Made by a program: the position numbers and the translations under genes | Assembly (NCBI GenBank): GCA_049999805.1 | Contig: JBNGIO010004918.1 | Span: 1-35,054, forward strand | From: Folioceros fuciformis | Taxonomy: Eukaryota | Length of the DNA: 35,054 nt | Direction of reading: 5' to 3' | Shown here: positions 1 through 13,189 of the stretch, piece after piece | Numbering within the stretch: position 1 is the first letter of the stretch | How the letters are laid out: each line of letters opens with the position of its first letter | The notes under the pieces: generated by a model | Databases searched by the model: none | What the model saw: the letters and a program-made list of their open reading frames with translations, nothing else | What the model was told of the DNA's origin: nothing

Positions 1-251
1 TGTCGGCCAGCGGAGGGAGAGCCGGTCGCCGGTGGGCTGTATACTCGGGTGTACGGTTCTCTCTGCTGTCGAGAGAGAGTGGATGAAGCTATGCGACATA
101 GCGGGACATGGCATGATAATCGGGGGGCCTGGCCGAGCTGGCTCACCTGGCACGTGGGCCTCTCGTAGCCCGTAGCCAGAGGTTTTGCTTACACGCAAGA
201 ACAGTGGCAATCTGGGAGCGTCTCGTTGCTCGCCCACCTCTCAACTTTTAG

Positions 252-1823
<1,572 letters not shown>

Positions 1824-2208
1824 CTTACCTACTCTACATCTGTGGCTGAAGGCGGTACTCAGGCCTCCGCATGAGAAGTGCCTGAAGGCTGTGGTTGTCA
1901 TATGCTGGACATACCGGTCCTGCCATCTGACACCGATGATGTCCATTTTTGGTCGGATCTGAGATGTGCTCTGCCCCACATCCTTTTATGTATGCCGTAG
2001 CACACATTTTTGCCAGTAATGAGAACCAAGTTGTTGACGTTGCTACTATCCTGATGCTCTGTCGAATCCTCCCCTGGTACATTTTCTGTGCCTTATTGTA
2101 AGAAATTATGTTTGTCTCTCGGCCGAATTCGTCTAGAGGGGTACCGACAGCAGGACAGGTGGTCACAACGAGCTTCAAAACAATTGCGTTCTTTCACCCC
2201 AATCGAAC

Positions 2209-4831
2209 ATGAATGCCGCAGTGGGGATGGCGGCACTGGTTCCAGCCACAAGGACGGGGCCGCGGTTGCTATGTTGTGCGTCGGAAAGCGGGTCTCGTTG
2301 TCGTCAAGATTTGCAAGGGCAAACAGTGGTGGTGTGTAGCGCGTGTCTCGTGCACGATCTGGAATGTGCAACCGGTGCGCTCATTTCCCGGTCTGTGTGT
2401 GCATGCCATTTTCTGCAGGTCGTTGGCCTGGGGTCCTCCGGTCGGGCCGCAGCCAAGCTTGCTCTGGCACGAGGAGCTCGTGTAGTGGGCCTGGATAGCA
2501 ATCCTGACGCATTGCCGTTGGAGGTGAAGTCTGCTCCCTTCATTGCTGCATAACCGTGCTTGCAGTGTTGGTTGACAACCCTGAGAGGATTTCCCCGTTG
2601 CAGAAGGATCCGTCCTTCGACAGTTTCGATGAGAGCAGTTACAAGTCCGAGCTTGGGCCACACAATCGGGAGACCTTGCATGCTGCATCCCGCTTGGTTG
2701 TTTCGCCAGGAGTGCCTGCCTCGCAGCCTGGGATTGCTGCTGCTATTGAAGCTGTGAGTGAAGAGGAGCTTGATTATGTCTGTCCCCGGTATTAGGCGCT
2801 GTGCTTGCATACTGGCGTGAGTTGCTCACAGTTTGGTGCAGGGTGTCCCTGCCATCTCAGAGCTGGGTTTTGCAGCCGAGGTGCTGTCGAGGAAGGTGAA
2901 AGTTGCAGCAGTCACTGGAACGAATGGAAAGTCGACTGTTGCGACGTTCACCGGCCAGGTGCTTGTCCTTTTTCCATGTGTTTCTTCTCTGGCTTTGTGG
3001 TTTGTTTCTGAAGTCGTTTGATTGCAGGTGCTACGTCAAGCAGGAGTCAGGACATTTGTGGGTGGAAACCTTGGTACCCCCCTCGCAGAATGTGCTCTGC
3101 AATGCCTGAGTTTTCCAATCAATGATCCTCCATACCAGGCGAGATTTGGTACTCCGCAGGAATTTTGATGAGGCTTATAAGTCATATGCCTGAGGCCAAG
3201 TATCGGTGGGGCGAGAAACACGACCTGATGCCCCTTGCTTGGTGCAGGCGGCTGTAGTCGAGGTTAGCAGTTATCAGATGGAGCTCCCTGGACGCTTTCA
3301 TCCAGCGGTCAGTACCAGACACACACTTCCGGCAGCTGTTTATAGCCCTTTCCTGCCTTCGGATATGCATGCTATGAGTTACGATGCGTCGATTCTAGTA
3401 ATGCCATCTGCTCTGATTTTTCAGTCATCCTCTTCCCCAGGCTGCTGTCGTGCTCAACCTTAGTCCTGATCACCTGGACAGGCACAAGAGCATGGAGAAC
3501 TATGGAATTCTGAAGTGCCGTGCTTTCGCCAACATGACTCCCGGGGATCTGGCTATCATTCCAAGATGTAAGCCAGTAGAGCCCTACCATTTCTGACTTG
3601 GTACAGAACGCATCTCATTTTTGGATGGAGTGGGCAGATTCTGAAGGTCACTAGGGGTGTATTGGGGAAACAGCCGACGTTCTGTTAAGGAGATTAGCTC
3701 TCCAATCGGGTGGTAAAGGGACCAGAGCCTGGCTTGGGGGTCTTCCAGGTGTTCAGGTACGTTGTTTAGCGGTCCCAAGGGGGCTTCACAGTGTTGTGGC
3801 CGGAGCGCTGTTGACTTGTTTGCAACCGTGGTGGCTTGAAGCTAGATACACCAGCTAGGAGGGCCATTGTTATTGTGCCAACTACAGACTCGCGAATTCT
3901 CTTGGATCTGAGCACTTTGAAGACGGTCGGGAAGCATAACGCACATAACGCTGGAACGGCTGCTCTCCTTGCGCTTGCCTTGAATGTGGGCTTAGACCAA
4001 GATGCAGTTCAGGATGCCCTGCCTGTGCTGCAGCCCCCTCCTCATCGGATGGAAATAGGTGCATGGTGCTGCTCAAGTTCATTCTTGTTCGACTACGTAA
4101 ACTGCTCGATCTATCCTTTCTTACAATCCACTCCACAGTATGCTGGGACAATGGAGGAGTGTTGTGGGTGAACGACAGCAAGGCGACAAATGTGGAGGCT
4201 ACGTATGCAGGAATTAAGGGAATTGCAGGACAAAAGGCGGTGGTGCTGCTGGGAGGGCTTGCTAAGGTTGGTTCGTTTGTGGCTGCGCCTTCTTTGGCTC
4301 TTGAGGCTATTTATGGTGTGTCAAAAAGAACCCAGTCTGAAAGTGTTGCAGGAAGGAGTCGCGAAGGGGGATCTTGGCTTCAAACGACTTGCGGAAGTTC
4401 TGGAGCAGCATAGAGCTGTGATCACTGTAAGCGTTATCCGCATCTCGTATCTTTACACTGTCGAAAGCGTTGCCGGTATACGTATACCCACATCTCTCCT
4501 TTGTGCAGTTTGGCGCTGCAGGTAAGCAAATCCAGCAGGAGTTGAAGGACGCGAAGATTTCCGTCCCACTGGAACGTACGGAAGGAATGCAAGAGGCTGT
4601 GCAACGAGCCAGATCACTTGCAGTGAGGGGTTCGTGAAGCTTTTCACATCAGCTTCAAATATTCTTATTGAAGCCGATTTCGGCATTTCCTCTCTTGACT
4701 TGGAGTCTTGGGCCATTGCAGGGGACATGATCCTCCTGAGCCCAGGATGTGCTAGCTTCGACGAGTTTCAAAATTTCGAGCACAGAGGACTTGTCTTTGC
4801 TGGGCTAGCCAAATTGTCGACCAAGAGCTGA
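2209..4831 (+). CDS. murD: Plastid UDP-N-acetylmuramoyl-L-alanine--D-glutamate ligase MurD, 13 exons, ~508 aa
   Basis: Exons 2209-2331, 2419-2523, 2604-2753, 2842-2958, 3028-3138, 3248-3307, 3441-3567, 3674-3756, 3842-4058, 4139-4266, 4352-4426, 4509-4629 and 4722-4831 join in frame (1527 nt). Motifs: [80 protein letters not shown]. The start could be ATG 2227. Confidence 0.93.
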
Positions 4832-4861
4832 ACCCAAAGTCAGCATCATCGGAAAATGTGG

Positions 4862-5180
4862 CCATCTAATTTGTCTTCGCGGAATCCAGAAATATCAAGA
4901 TTGTAGCCAGGCCACTCTATATTCTTTGACCTGTCGTTTGTCTCGCAAGAATCTTCATCTGAAACCCTAGACGTAACTATTTGGTCCTGGGGCTGTCTCC
5001 TGATTGCCTTCTGGTCTATGGTTCCTTCTGGGCCAATGCTTCTCATCCCCGCTGTACCTTGTCGGGATTAACACAGTTGATATCAGCATCGTCTGATGAA
5101 GCACACAGACGTCGTTCCTTACTTTTCCCCTCCACTTCCAGTTTCTCAGGGATTCCAAGAGCTTGGACATCGTTATGCAC
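4862..5180 (-). pseudogene. Degenerate duplicate of the rbfA last exon, lying in the murD 3' flank
   Basis: Colinear similarity to 6332-6680 (ggaaaatgtgg, aatccagaaa, caggccactctatat, gaaaccctaga, ttgccttctgg, gtcgggat, ctccactt...ttctca). The stop-equivalent is mutated and indels are present. Confidence 0.8.
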
Positions 5181-5435
5181 TTGTGGTGTTCTGTGGGTTC
5201 GTATCTGGTCACAATTACAGAAACATATGAAGAGTGGATTGGTGTTGCCATGTCTACCTAAATGTTTCAAGTTTGCCTGTGCTTTCGACGTGCCTCGGAA
5301 AATCTGTCTTCAATCGCAGGGAGCTTTGCGCAGAATGCTCAGGAAAGTTCCCTTCCCTCCTTAACGTTCTCTCCCGGGCTATTGCTGAGGGAAGTGATGA
5401 TGACCTCCCCTAATACACACCTTTTGTCTTTGCAC

Positions 5436-6301
5436 GTTCTCCTGCCACTGGCCTTGACACGTTGCCTTAAACCAAGATGTCCTTCGGGACGTCCTGCCTG
5501 CGCTGCAACCACCTCGGCATCGGATGGACTAGCTGGATGCTGCTGCTCAAGCTCAGTCTTGTCTTACCCTGTCAACTGGTCGATACAACCATCCACTGTA
5601 TGCTGGGAGAATTGTGTGCTCCGGGTGGAAAGCAGCAAAGTAACAACGTGGATGGTACCTAAACCGGGGTTCGGGTATTGCAGCACAGACGGTCGTGGCG
5701 CTGTCGGGTGGCCTCGCTCAATTGGGGCTGCTCCTTCGGCTGTGAGGCTGTTTCCCAAGCTCCGAGCAAATCCAGTCGGATATATTGTTACAGGAAGGAG
5801 TTGTGAAGGAGGATCTTGGCGTCAACGGGCTACCTAGATGAATTTCTGGAGACGGGCATAGCTGTGATTACTCCAGCCATTTAGCCGTTCTCTTTTCTTA
5901 CACACTCGCGAAGCCCTCATTGAAGTCCATGGTTGTCGGCAACTGCGTGCCCCTACCTTTCCTTGGTACAGTTCGACGCGGCAGGTGAGCAAATAGAGCA
6001 GGAATTAAGAGCCACGAATATTCCTTTCCAGTGGAACGAAAAGAAGGAATGAAAGAGGCTGCCCACTGCCACAATAGCTGCCGTAAGCGGTTCCTAAAGC
6101 TGCTCACATAAGCTTGAAGAATTTCAACTGCATGAAAACTTCAGCAACTCCTCTTCGTGAGAATGATGTCCCTCTTCAGGAATGTTCTCTTCAGGAGGAT
6201 CATGTCCCCCTTCAGGATGTGCTAGCGTCGACGACTATCGAAACTTCGAGCGTAGAGGAAGTCTCTTTACTGGGCAAGCCAAAATCCCGACCAAGAGCTG
6301 A
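5436..6301 (+). pseudogene. Degenerate duplicate of murD exons 9-13, including their introns
   Basis: Colinear with 3962-4831 at an offset of ~1470 (accaagatg, catcggatgga, tgctgctcaag, gtatgctggga, caggaaggagt, ggatcttggc, gcaggt.agcaaat, caggatgtgctagc.tcgacga, cgaccaagagctgaacccaaa). It has frameshifts, stops and damaged splice sites. Confidence 0.88.
6148..6220. repeat. Short degenerate tandem repeat (core tgt(c/t)c(c)tcttcagga, ~4 copies) inside the murD pseudo-copy
   Basis: ctcctcttcgtga / tgtccctcttcagga / tgttctcttcagga / tgtcccccttcagga. Confidence 0.7.
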
Positions 6302-6331
6302 ACCCAAATTCAGCGCCAACGGAAAATGTGG

Positions 6332-7373
6332 TCATTTAATGAATATAATCCTCTCATCAGCGCTGAATCCAGAAACATCATCATCGTCCGCAGGCCACTC
6401 TATATCCATCGGCCAATCTTGCTTCTCCCCAGTATCATCAGCTGAAACCCTAGAGGGGCCGATTTTCTTTGGTTTGGATTTAGGTTGGGTCTTGGTTGCC
6501 TTCTGGGCCAATGGTCCCACCTTCTGTGCTAATGGTTCCCTCTGTGTCAATGGCTCCGTCTGCACGTCGTCGGGATCATCCCAGTTGTCATCAGGATCGT
6601 CCCAACCACTGTCAGCTCGTCCCTTGACTTCCCTCTCCACTTTCAGCTTCTCAAGGATATCCAGAACCTGAACATCACCATACAGCCATGCCTAAGTTTT
6701 TCCACCGTCCATACACTTAACAAGACCGGAGAGACGAAATGCCAACATTACGCACCCTGCTGCCTTTTTCCATTGCGTCATCTCTGATGAACCGAACCTC
6801 GGGGGTCATCCTCAGCTGCATTCGCTTTCCCAGGCCCATCCTGACGTACTTAGCTTTGGCCCGGAGCCCCTCGATAGCTATTTCCGCACCTCGCTCATCT
6901 CCGAACACTGAAATGTACACTTTCGCAACCTTCTTGGCCAGCACACCTCACTGTGTCATGAACCGGATCTGGAAACAGGAACCTTCAAGCTCCACTCACA
7001 CAACCCCTACCTGCAAATCGCTGGACAGTTGAACATCGCTGACTGTGGCTACCGATGACAGGTACATGTCAGCACCGAGCCCTGCTTCCGGTAACACGGC
7101 CTGCTGCAATACCTTGTCATGGAGCAGCATTTCAGCTACCTCCCTCCTAATCTGCTGCCCCACCATTTTCACTCTCCTAGGGTGAGCCATGCACAAAACC
7201 TTCTGCACTGGCCCCCTCCCAGGCCTTGCCACGCAGCTCCCTCCATCAAACCCGAACCTTCCAAATCTATTCCCCACGCTTCTCCCTGCTGCTGACCTGC
7301 TACAACAAACGCTGCTGGAACTGGACGCCAGACCTCCGCTCCAGGAACTTGCCAAGCACGAGGCTGACACCAT
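6332..7373 (-). CDS. rbfA: Plastid ribosome-binding factor A (RbfA/RBF1), 3 exons, ~290 aa
   Basis: Exons 7373-7011, 6929-6756 and 6667-6332 (873 nt, GT-AG introns). A Ser-rich transit-peptide-like N-terminus is followed by MAHPRRVKMVGQQIRREVAEML...LSSVATVSDVQLSSDLQVAKVYISVFGD...GLGKRMQLRMTPEVRFIRD...GSRVLDILEKLK. Confidence 0.93.
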
Positions 7374-7993
7374 ATCGAATGTATTACACAGACTCGGATC
7401 CAGCCGCCAAACGGCTCCCAGCCACTGAATGGACCAGAAATCCTCTCAAACTCGTCCGCACTTACTGGATTACCTCGTGTCAAATGCTATGGGAGTGATG
7501 GAGGCCACGAACTCACCACAACGAAAACCCAACAAGACTGAATCTCTGTTGCAGGGGCCAGACAGCTCAAGGCGCAATCCTGAACAATCGGCTAGAACCC
7601 ACGCAAATGCCCGTCGGCCGGAATCAGACACGCAAGAGTCTACAGAGCCTAGATTACAACACGGCGGTGGTCAGGAACTGGCCGGTAGTCGGGAACCGGC
7701 TAGTGCCGGTTGCCAGTCGCAATCCCGGAGCTGCAGTTGCTGGTGAGACCCCGGGTTGGAACTCTGGTTGTGCTGGTTTCAAATCATGCTGCCTCGTCGG
7801 TCGCTTTGTAGATACGTGTGAAGTTGGCGCAGATGATCGGAGAAGCTACGAGGGAGGTGGAATCGAGAAGGAGAAAGTCGATTACATTTGACGCTGTGAA
7901 TGATTCGTTCTCTGTACAGCAGGCTTATTAAAGAGTTGCTGTTGGAAGTTCGAATTACGTTGGAAGTTGGAAAATTGTTCTTCTTTGCTTGCA

Positions 7994-10900
7994 ATGGAGG
8001 CATGCCAAGGCAGCTTCTGCGACGCCGTGGAGTCTGGATTCGTTACTGATGCCTTTTGCTACGTCTGCGGGGTGAGTTCTCTGGCAATTGTTGTCGCTGC
8101 GCAATTTTACAAGTTGGGTGGGCTGCACAGACTTTGAGGTTCTGGATACCGGGAACTCTGGTGTTAGGCACGTTGGCGTGCTGGGTTGTAGAACTCTCAC
8201 TTCTGGCTTGTGGGTGCAGCAGAGTGGTGGAATGTGGAGTATTTTGATTTTGAAAGTGTGTTTTGTGTTACTTCACGAATACGGGAGGTGCCGATGATGG
8301 TTGAGGCCATGTGCAGGCAGCTGACGAGAGTGCTGGGTGCATCAAGGAAGCAATTAGACTGTTACAGGAGGATGCTTCTTGCTATCCACAGGTTTGGCTG
8401 TCCTGCAAAGGTGACTCAGCACTGGTGTGTTCTCCTTTGCTGAGATATCTGAGAAATGACTTGACTGTTCTCCAGCCGTCAGAGAGCAGAAAAAAATTTA
8501 CGCTGAAAAAAACTGTTGCGAAGTTGACGAAGGCATGCGACAACATCGAGGGAATCAAACTCCAAGTACGAAGGCACGCTGTTGTGCATGCACTGTAGAT
8601 TTGCCTATCGGCAGCTTGTGGATTAGTGACAGTCTGGGAGGGATGGGATGTATTTCGGCTTGGAGCAGATGATGGGCCTGCGGGAACAAGTGCATACGTT
8701 ACAGGAGAAGCTTAAAGCTAATCAAGAAGATCATGTGAGAACTTATCCTGTACAGAACATTCGTTATACATGCCGTCCAGCTTTCTTGGAATTCTCAGCA
8801 TTAGTGTCATCTTGCAGCTGGAGGCCCTGAATCGGATGGATGCTTTCGCCATGGACATGCAAGTACGCTCTTTCCTGTCTTTCCTTTGCGAGAGACATGC
8901 TTGAAGAAGCAAACTCTGCTGGAATCTGGCTCCCTCAGGGGTATTGGTGCTTCTGCTGAGCAGGAGACTCTGCTACGCCTAAAGGAAGAGGAGGATGAGA
9001 AGAACCGGCTAATGCAGGAGCTGGAGGAGGCTAACTGCGCATCAGAGACGTCAAGAAATGTATGGTGGCTCGTTTCATCAAAGAGCAATGTTGCAACATC
9101 TTCTGGAGGGTTTGACCTGGCCTGAATATGATTGTGGTTTCTCCTAACTTCAGAAGTTAGAAGCCAAAGAGAGAGAGCATGAACTGCGGCTGAAGGAGCA
9201 CTCCAAGCTCACTGATGATAATGCTCATTTGAGGTTTCTACCAGAACAAAATCCCTGGCATTTTGTCAGCTGTTCCAGTTCGGGATCGAGTTGAAAGTAG
9301 ATGTTAGTCTCCAGTAGCTCATCGTTTTCGTGCCCCCTCTCCAGGTCAGAGAACGAAAGGTTGAAGCGGACTGTGATTGATCAAGAAATGCAATTGAAGG
9401 AAAGTGAATGTGCTCAGAAGAACGCATCCAAGGCTTTGGCTCAGCTTGACAGATTCAAGGAGGTGATGCCTGTCTCATTGTAAGGTGGCAGGAGTTTGCC
9501 TAAGTATCTTGGTAGACTAGGACGAAGTTTGAGCAACTAAAGAGGCTCATGTAAATGTAACGTTTTGACAGGTTGTTGCCAAAATAACCGCAGACAACAT
9601 GGTTTTTCTCATGAAGGTGTTCTAAGGTGTATGGATCCTTTGTTTACCCTGTGTGCTCTACATGTGCTTGTAGGGAAGTCTTTATAAGTGTCACCCTTCT
9701 CGGTCGCTTCTCATTCCCTACATTTGTTTTTGTTGACTTGACCCGCAACATTTCATTTTTGTAACAGCTCAAACAAAGTGAGGCCGCTCTTGCAGTTGCT
9801 CAAGAGCGCATAACCAACATGGAGGAAGAGGTATTGAGCGGGTCATGCTGCAAGTCATGCGTTGTGCAGCCAAATGTCCCCTTGCAGACTAAGTGAGCCC
9901 ATGTTCTGCAGCGTTCTATGTGGCTTGAAGAAGCTTCTGCCGAGATAGAAGGAGCGGTTCGGGCTGGTTTAGGCAAGGTATCATTCCTTCTGTGTGAGGT
10001 AGAGATGACTTATCGAGTCATTTGCCTGATAAATGAGAGATCTAGACTTACCGAGTGAGATGAGTTCGGTGGCAGTCAGTGGAGTCTGAGACCGAGTTGG
10101 AGGTTCTGTATGGTGAGCGACAACAATGGGAGAACAAGGTGCAGGAGTCGCAGGAACGCATAATGAAGTTGGTCAAATCGAAAGAAAGGCTTGAGGAGAG
10201 GTAGATCAATCGTGTACCTCTTGCTTGCAAACGTTGTGATTGGATTCATTGCTTATCTGAACGGTATTACAGTGCATGATAACCTTTCATTGATTAGTAC
10301 ACAACCCGTTTGTCTCGTTCGATAGGTTGAATGCTTTAGAAGATGCGAACTCCAAACTGCAGTTCAGCTTGGATGAAGAGAAAAAGCAGAGACACAATGC
10401 TGAAGCTGAGGCGCGGGTTCTACTAAACAGCTTGAAGCAAAGCAACGATGAGGTTTTGTGTAGCTCTTTGATTCATGCTCCCGTTACTCTCTTGTGGCAA
10501 CTTGGCAGTCACTGTTTGTACCATGCAGCTTGTTGAAGCACAACGGAAATACGATGTGGCATCTGACGAACTTAAGGTAGGCTTGCATAAAGCTTTGACC
10601 TAGTTCCAGTATCAAAGTCTCACAGATCCCTTCCCTCGTACCTTGTTTGCGACAGATGGCGAGCAAGAGCCTTGCAGAAAAGCAAGAGAAAATGGAAAAC
10701 TTGTTTGTGGCCTTGAAGAACAGCTCCCTTCAGCTTGGAACTCAACAGGCCATAAATGCTGCCATCATGAAGAAAAAGGAAGAGGTATAGCTTTTCTGTC
10801 AGAATCAGTTCTTGGTATTCTTTCCAACGACCTAACTGGACCTATGCAGATGGAGTGGCGGTGTTTAGAAGCTGAAGCTCAACGAGAAAAAATGCGGAAC

Positions 10901-10996
10901 AAACTGAAAGGTATATCGGGATTATGCGAATGGTGAGGTGCACTTATGTTATTCTTAACACCAAATTCCCATGCAGGGCGTTCAGGCACTAACTGA
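7994..10996 (+). CDS. Uncharacterised long coiled-coil protein, ~17 short exons
   Basis: Chain of phase-compatible GT-AG exons (approx. 7994-8071, 8317-8391, 8476-8565, 8669-8734, 8818-8862, 8939-9059, 9154-9232, 9345-9462, 9572-9616, 9768-9830, 9912-9977, 10076-10200, 10326-10452, 10529-10576, 10656-10784, 10850-10910, 10977-10996). Gives E/K/Q/L heptad-rich sequence ending QQAINAAIMKKKEEMEWRCLEAEAQREKMRNKLKGRSGTN*. The first exon and start are less certain. Confidence 0.8.
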
Positions 10997-11436
10997 CGTA
11001 CTCACACAACCCGACGCGAAGGATTAACTTACTCCTTAAATATAGTTATCACTTATTATTAAGTTAGATATAAATGTTTTTATGTACAAATGAAGTAATT
11101 AGAATGGAGTATATATATTTGGTATATTAATGAGGTCTAAAATTATGCTGATTAAACTTCAGATTTTGTTGGACATTTAGATGGCCAAGTTGGGCATGCT
11201 TAATAGCCAATGTCTCCAAATGGCTCCGGCTAAATGGACACAAGTTTATAAGAACTTTGACATTAAGCATCATGTCCCAGGATGGGATGTGAATTGATAG
11301 ATAATCAAATAGGATGTGCTAGATGGGATGTGTATAGAAAAGGATATCCTTTTGAGTAGAGTACAAAGACACTTTGAAGAGGGTGAGTAGAGATCCCAAG
11401 GTGGTTCTTGGCATTCTAACATTCTTGGCCAAACAC

Positions 11437-11485
11437 TAATCTAGTCCATGTGTCTCACCACAAATGAGACATATGGACTAGATTA
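11437..11485. repeat. 21-bp near-perfect inverted repeat with a 7-nt loop
   Basis: taatctagtccatgtgtctca-ccacaaa-tgagacatatggactagatta; 20/21 Watson-Crick pairs plus one G:T. Confidence 0.9.
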
Positions 11486-11601
11486 AATCACTTCACATAA
11501 TACCAAACTTTTATGCAATTCAATTCAATTTCATTCTAGCAAGGCAAAAGCAAATTTAATCTTTTGTTGTGAAATCTTTTCCAAACATAATAATTACTTA
11601 T
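11485..11601 (+). repeat. Diverged direct repeat, copy A (copy B at 25240-25360)
   Basis: aaatcac.tcacat...aattcaattcaatttcat...cttttgtt...aaatcttttcca.acataa is shared with 25240-25360. Confidence 0.75.
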
Positions 11602-12052
11602 TTAAAATATTAATCTTCAAATAGATTTTTATAAGGTAATATTTATGACTTATTTTCCAGCAATGAATAAGTATAAATGATTGGTTGGCCCACAAGCTAA
11701 AGGAAGGTATCACAAAAAAGGATAAAATGTATGTTTTTTTATGAATTTTTTTTCAACCTTAAATAACTAAATAGTCGTAACCCCCTTATACTTGTGTATG
11801 TAACCTAAAATATTGTATTTATTATCTTGAAATTCAAGCGACTACATAAGGTCTAACTTTGAGATTTTCACTAAATCTTTAAAGCAAGAGAGGAGTATGG
11901 TTTTGTTGTCCTTGTAGACATTACTGCATGTTGAGGTTTTGTTCATCGATCTTGGCTACAGTTTTTCCTTCATTGTATGAGTCTTTTGCTTAGCATTTCT
12001 TTGTTAAATCAGCCACATATATAGGGGTGGTGGTTAAACACTAAGGCACCAC

Positions 12053-12865
12053 ATGACACAACAAAGCAAAGTGTGCAAAGTGTCTGATTGCAAGGAATTT
12101 GGGAAAAAGGTGCACCTTAAGGACCAAGCTCAAGGAATTGAAGGAAAGAGAATGAAATATGGCGATCATACAGTGTGGATACCGTACGGCAAGGAATCAA
12201 ACAAACAAGGGTCCATATCACACACGCAAACACAAAGCAACATCGAGCAAGATGACAACTGCAGTCTTGGAATAATTATATACCACATCTAAAACACAAT
12301 TCATAGATGTTGCAATTCCTCCCAAATTTCAAGGTGGTGCACCAAGTAACCAGCCGCTAACAATTTATATTTCACATGCTGAGTGGGTACAGGATCCAGA
12401 TACATATATAACAAATATGTCAATGTCCATGGAGGGATCCATGGATGGTGACGACAATGATGTGGATGATGGATCCATGGATGGCGAACTCGATGATGTG
12501 GATGATAAATCCTTGAATGCTGAAAATGATGCTATAGATGATGAATTTCTAGATGGTGAATGAGATGATGTGGATGATGAATTCATAAATGGCAAACATG
12601 ATGGTGTAGATAATGCATCCTTGGATGATGAACAAGATGATGAATCCGTGAAATGTGAGAGGATTTCAAATCCAATTATGTATGAAGGATATGTAGAAGG
12701 AATTCAAAGTCGAACTTGCTTAGAAAAATTGAAGCTCATCCACCCATCTAGGTCAATTTATAACCAATAAGTTAGCATAAGAGAATTCACCAAGGGTGTG
12801 CGCCTAATTGGCGTATTCCACAAAGCCCATTTGGTGCACATTTGAGTTTACATCATCCTAGTCAC
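12053..12865 (+). pseudogene. 5' part of a decayed gene of unknown function with an acidic tandem-repeat linker; probably continues at 23993
   Basis: Protein-like frames with scattered stops and one frameshift (~12290): MTQQSKVCKVSDC...; TSKTQFIDVAIPPKFQGGAP...SMDGDDNDVDDG...IGVFHKAHLVHI*VYIILVT. Confidence 0.5.
12438..12644 (+). repeat. 36-bp degenerate tandem repeat (~5.7 copies) encoding 12-aa Asp-rich units
   Basis: SMDGDDNDVDDG / SMDGELDDVDDK / SLNAENDAIDDE / FLDGE*DDVDDE / FINGKHDGVDNA / SLDDEQDDE. Confidence 0.85.
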
Positions 12866-13189
12866 ATATCTATATTTTATCCTTTTTTTTCAAAAACTAC
12901 TTATATTGACGTGTGGTGGACATAATCGATCTCCATATATTTGCTTGAAGCCCACAACCAGGTGGAACCTATGGCCTTTTAACTCCAAAAATTGAAGAAA
13001 AAAAAGAATCTTACTTTCAGTGCTCCGATCTACCGACCCATTAAAGTTTATGTTTTATGGAGAGGAAACCACCTATCTGCATCCCATGTATTAAAAAACG
13101 ACATAATCAAATATGTTCATAATCATAATATACTATCCACTTCCACTAATCTTACCATCCCCTCTAAACAAAAACATGAACGTCTTGGT

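Noticed and set aside
151-160. G-box/site II-like motif cacgtgggcc upstream of UGP
   Set aside because: A short motif expected by chance in GC-rich DNA, with no independent support.
5262-6671. Plus-strand ORFs of 191 aa and 185 aa
   Set aside because: They are chance frames over the decayed murD copy and the antisense of the rbfA last exon.
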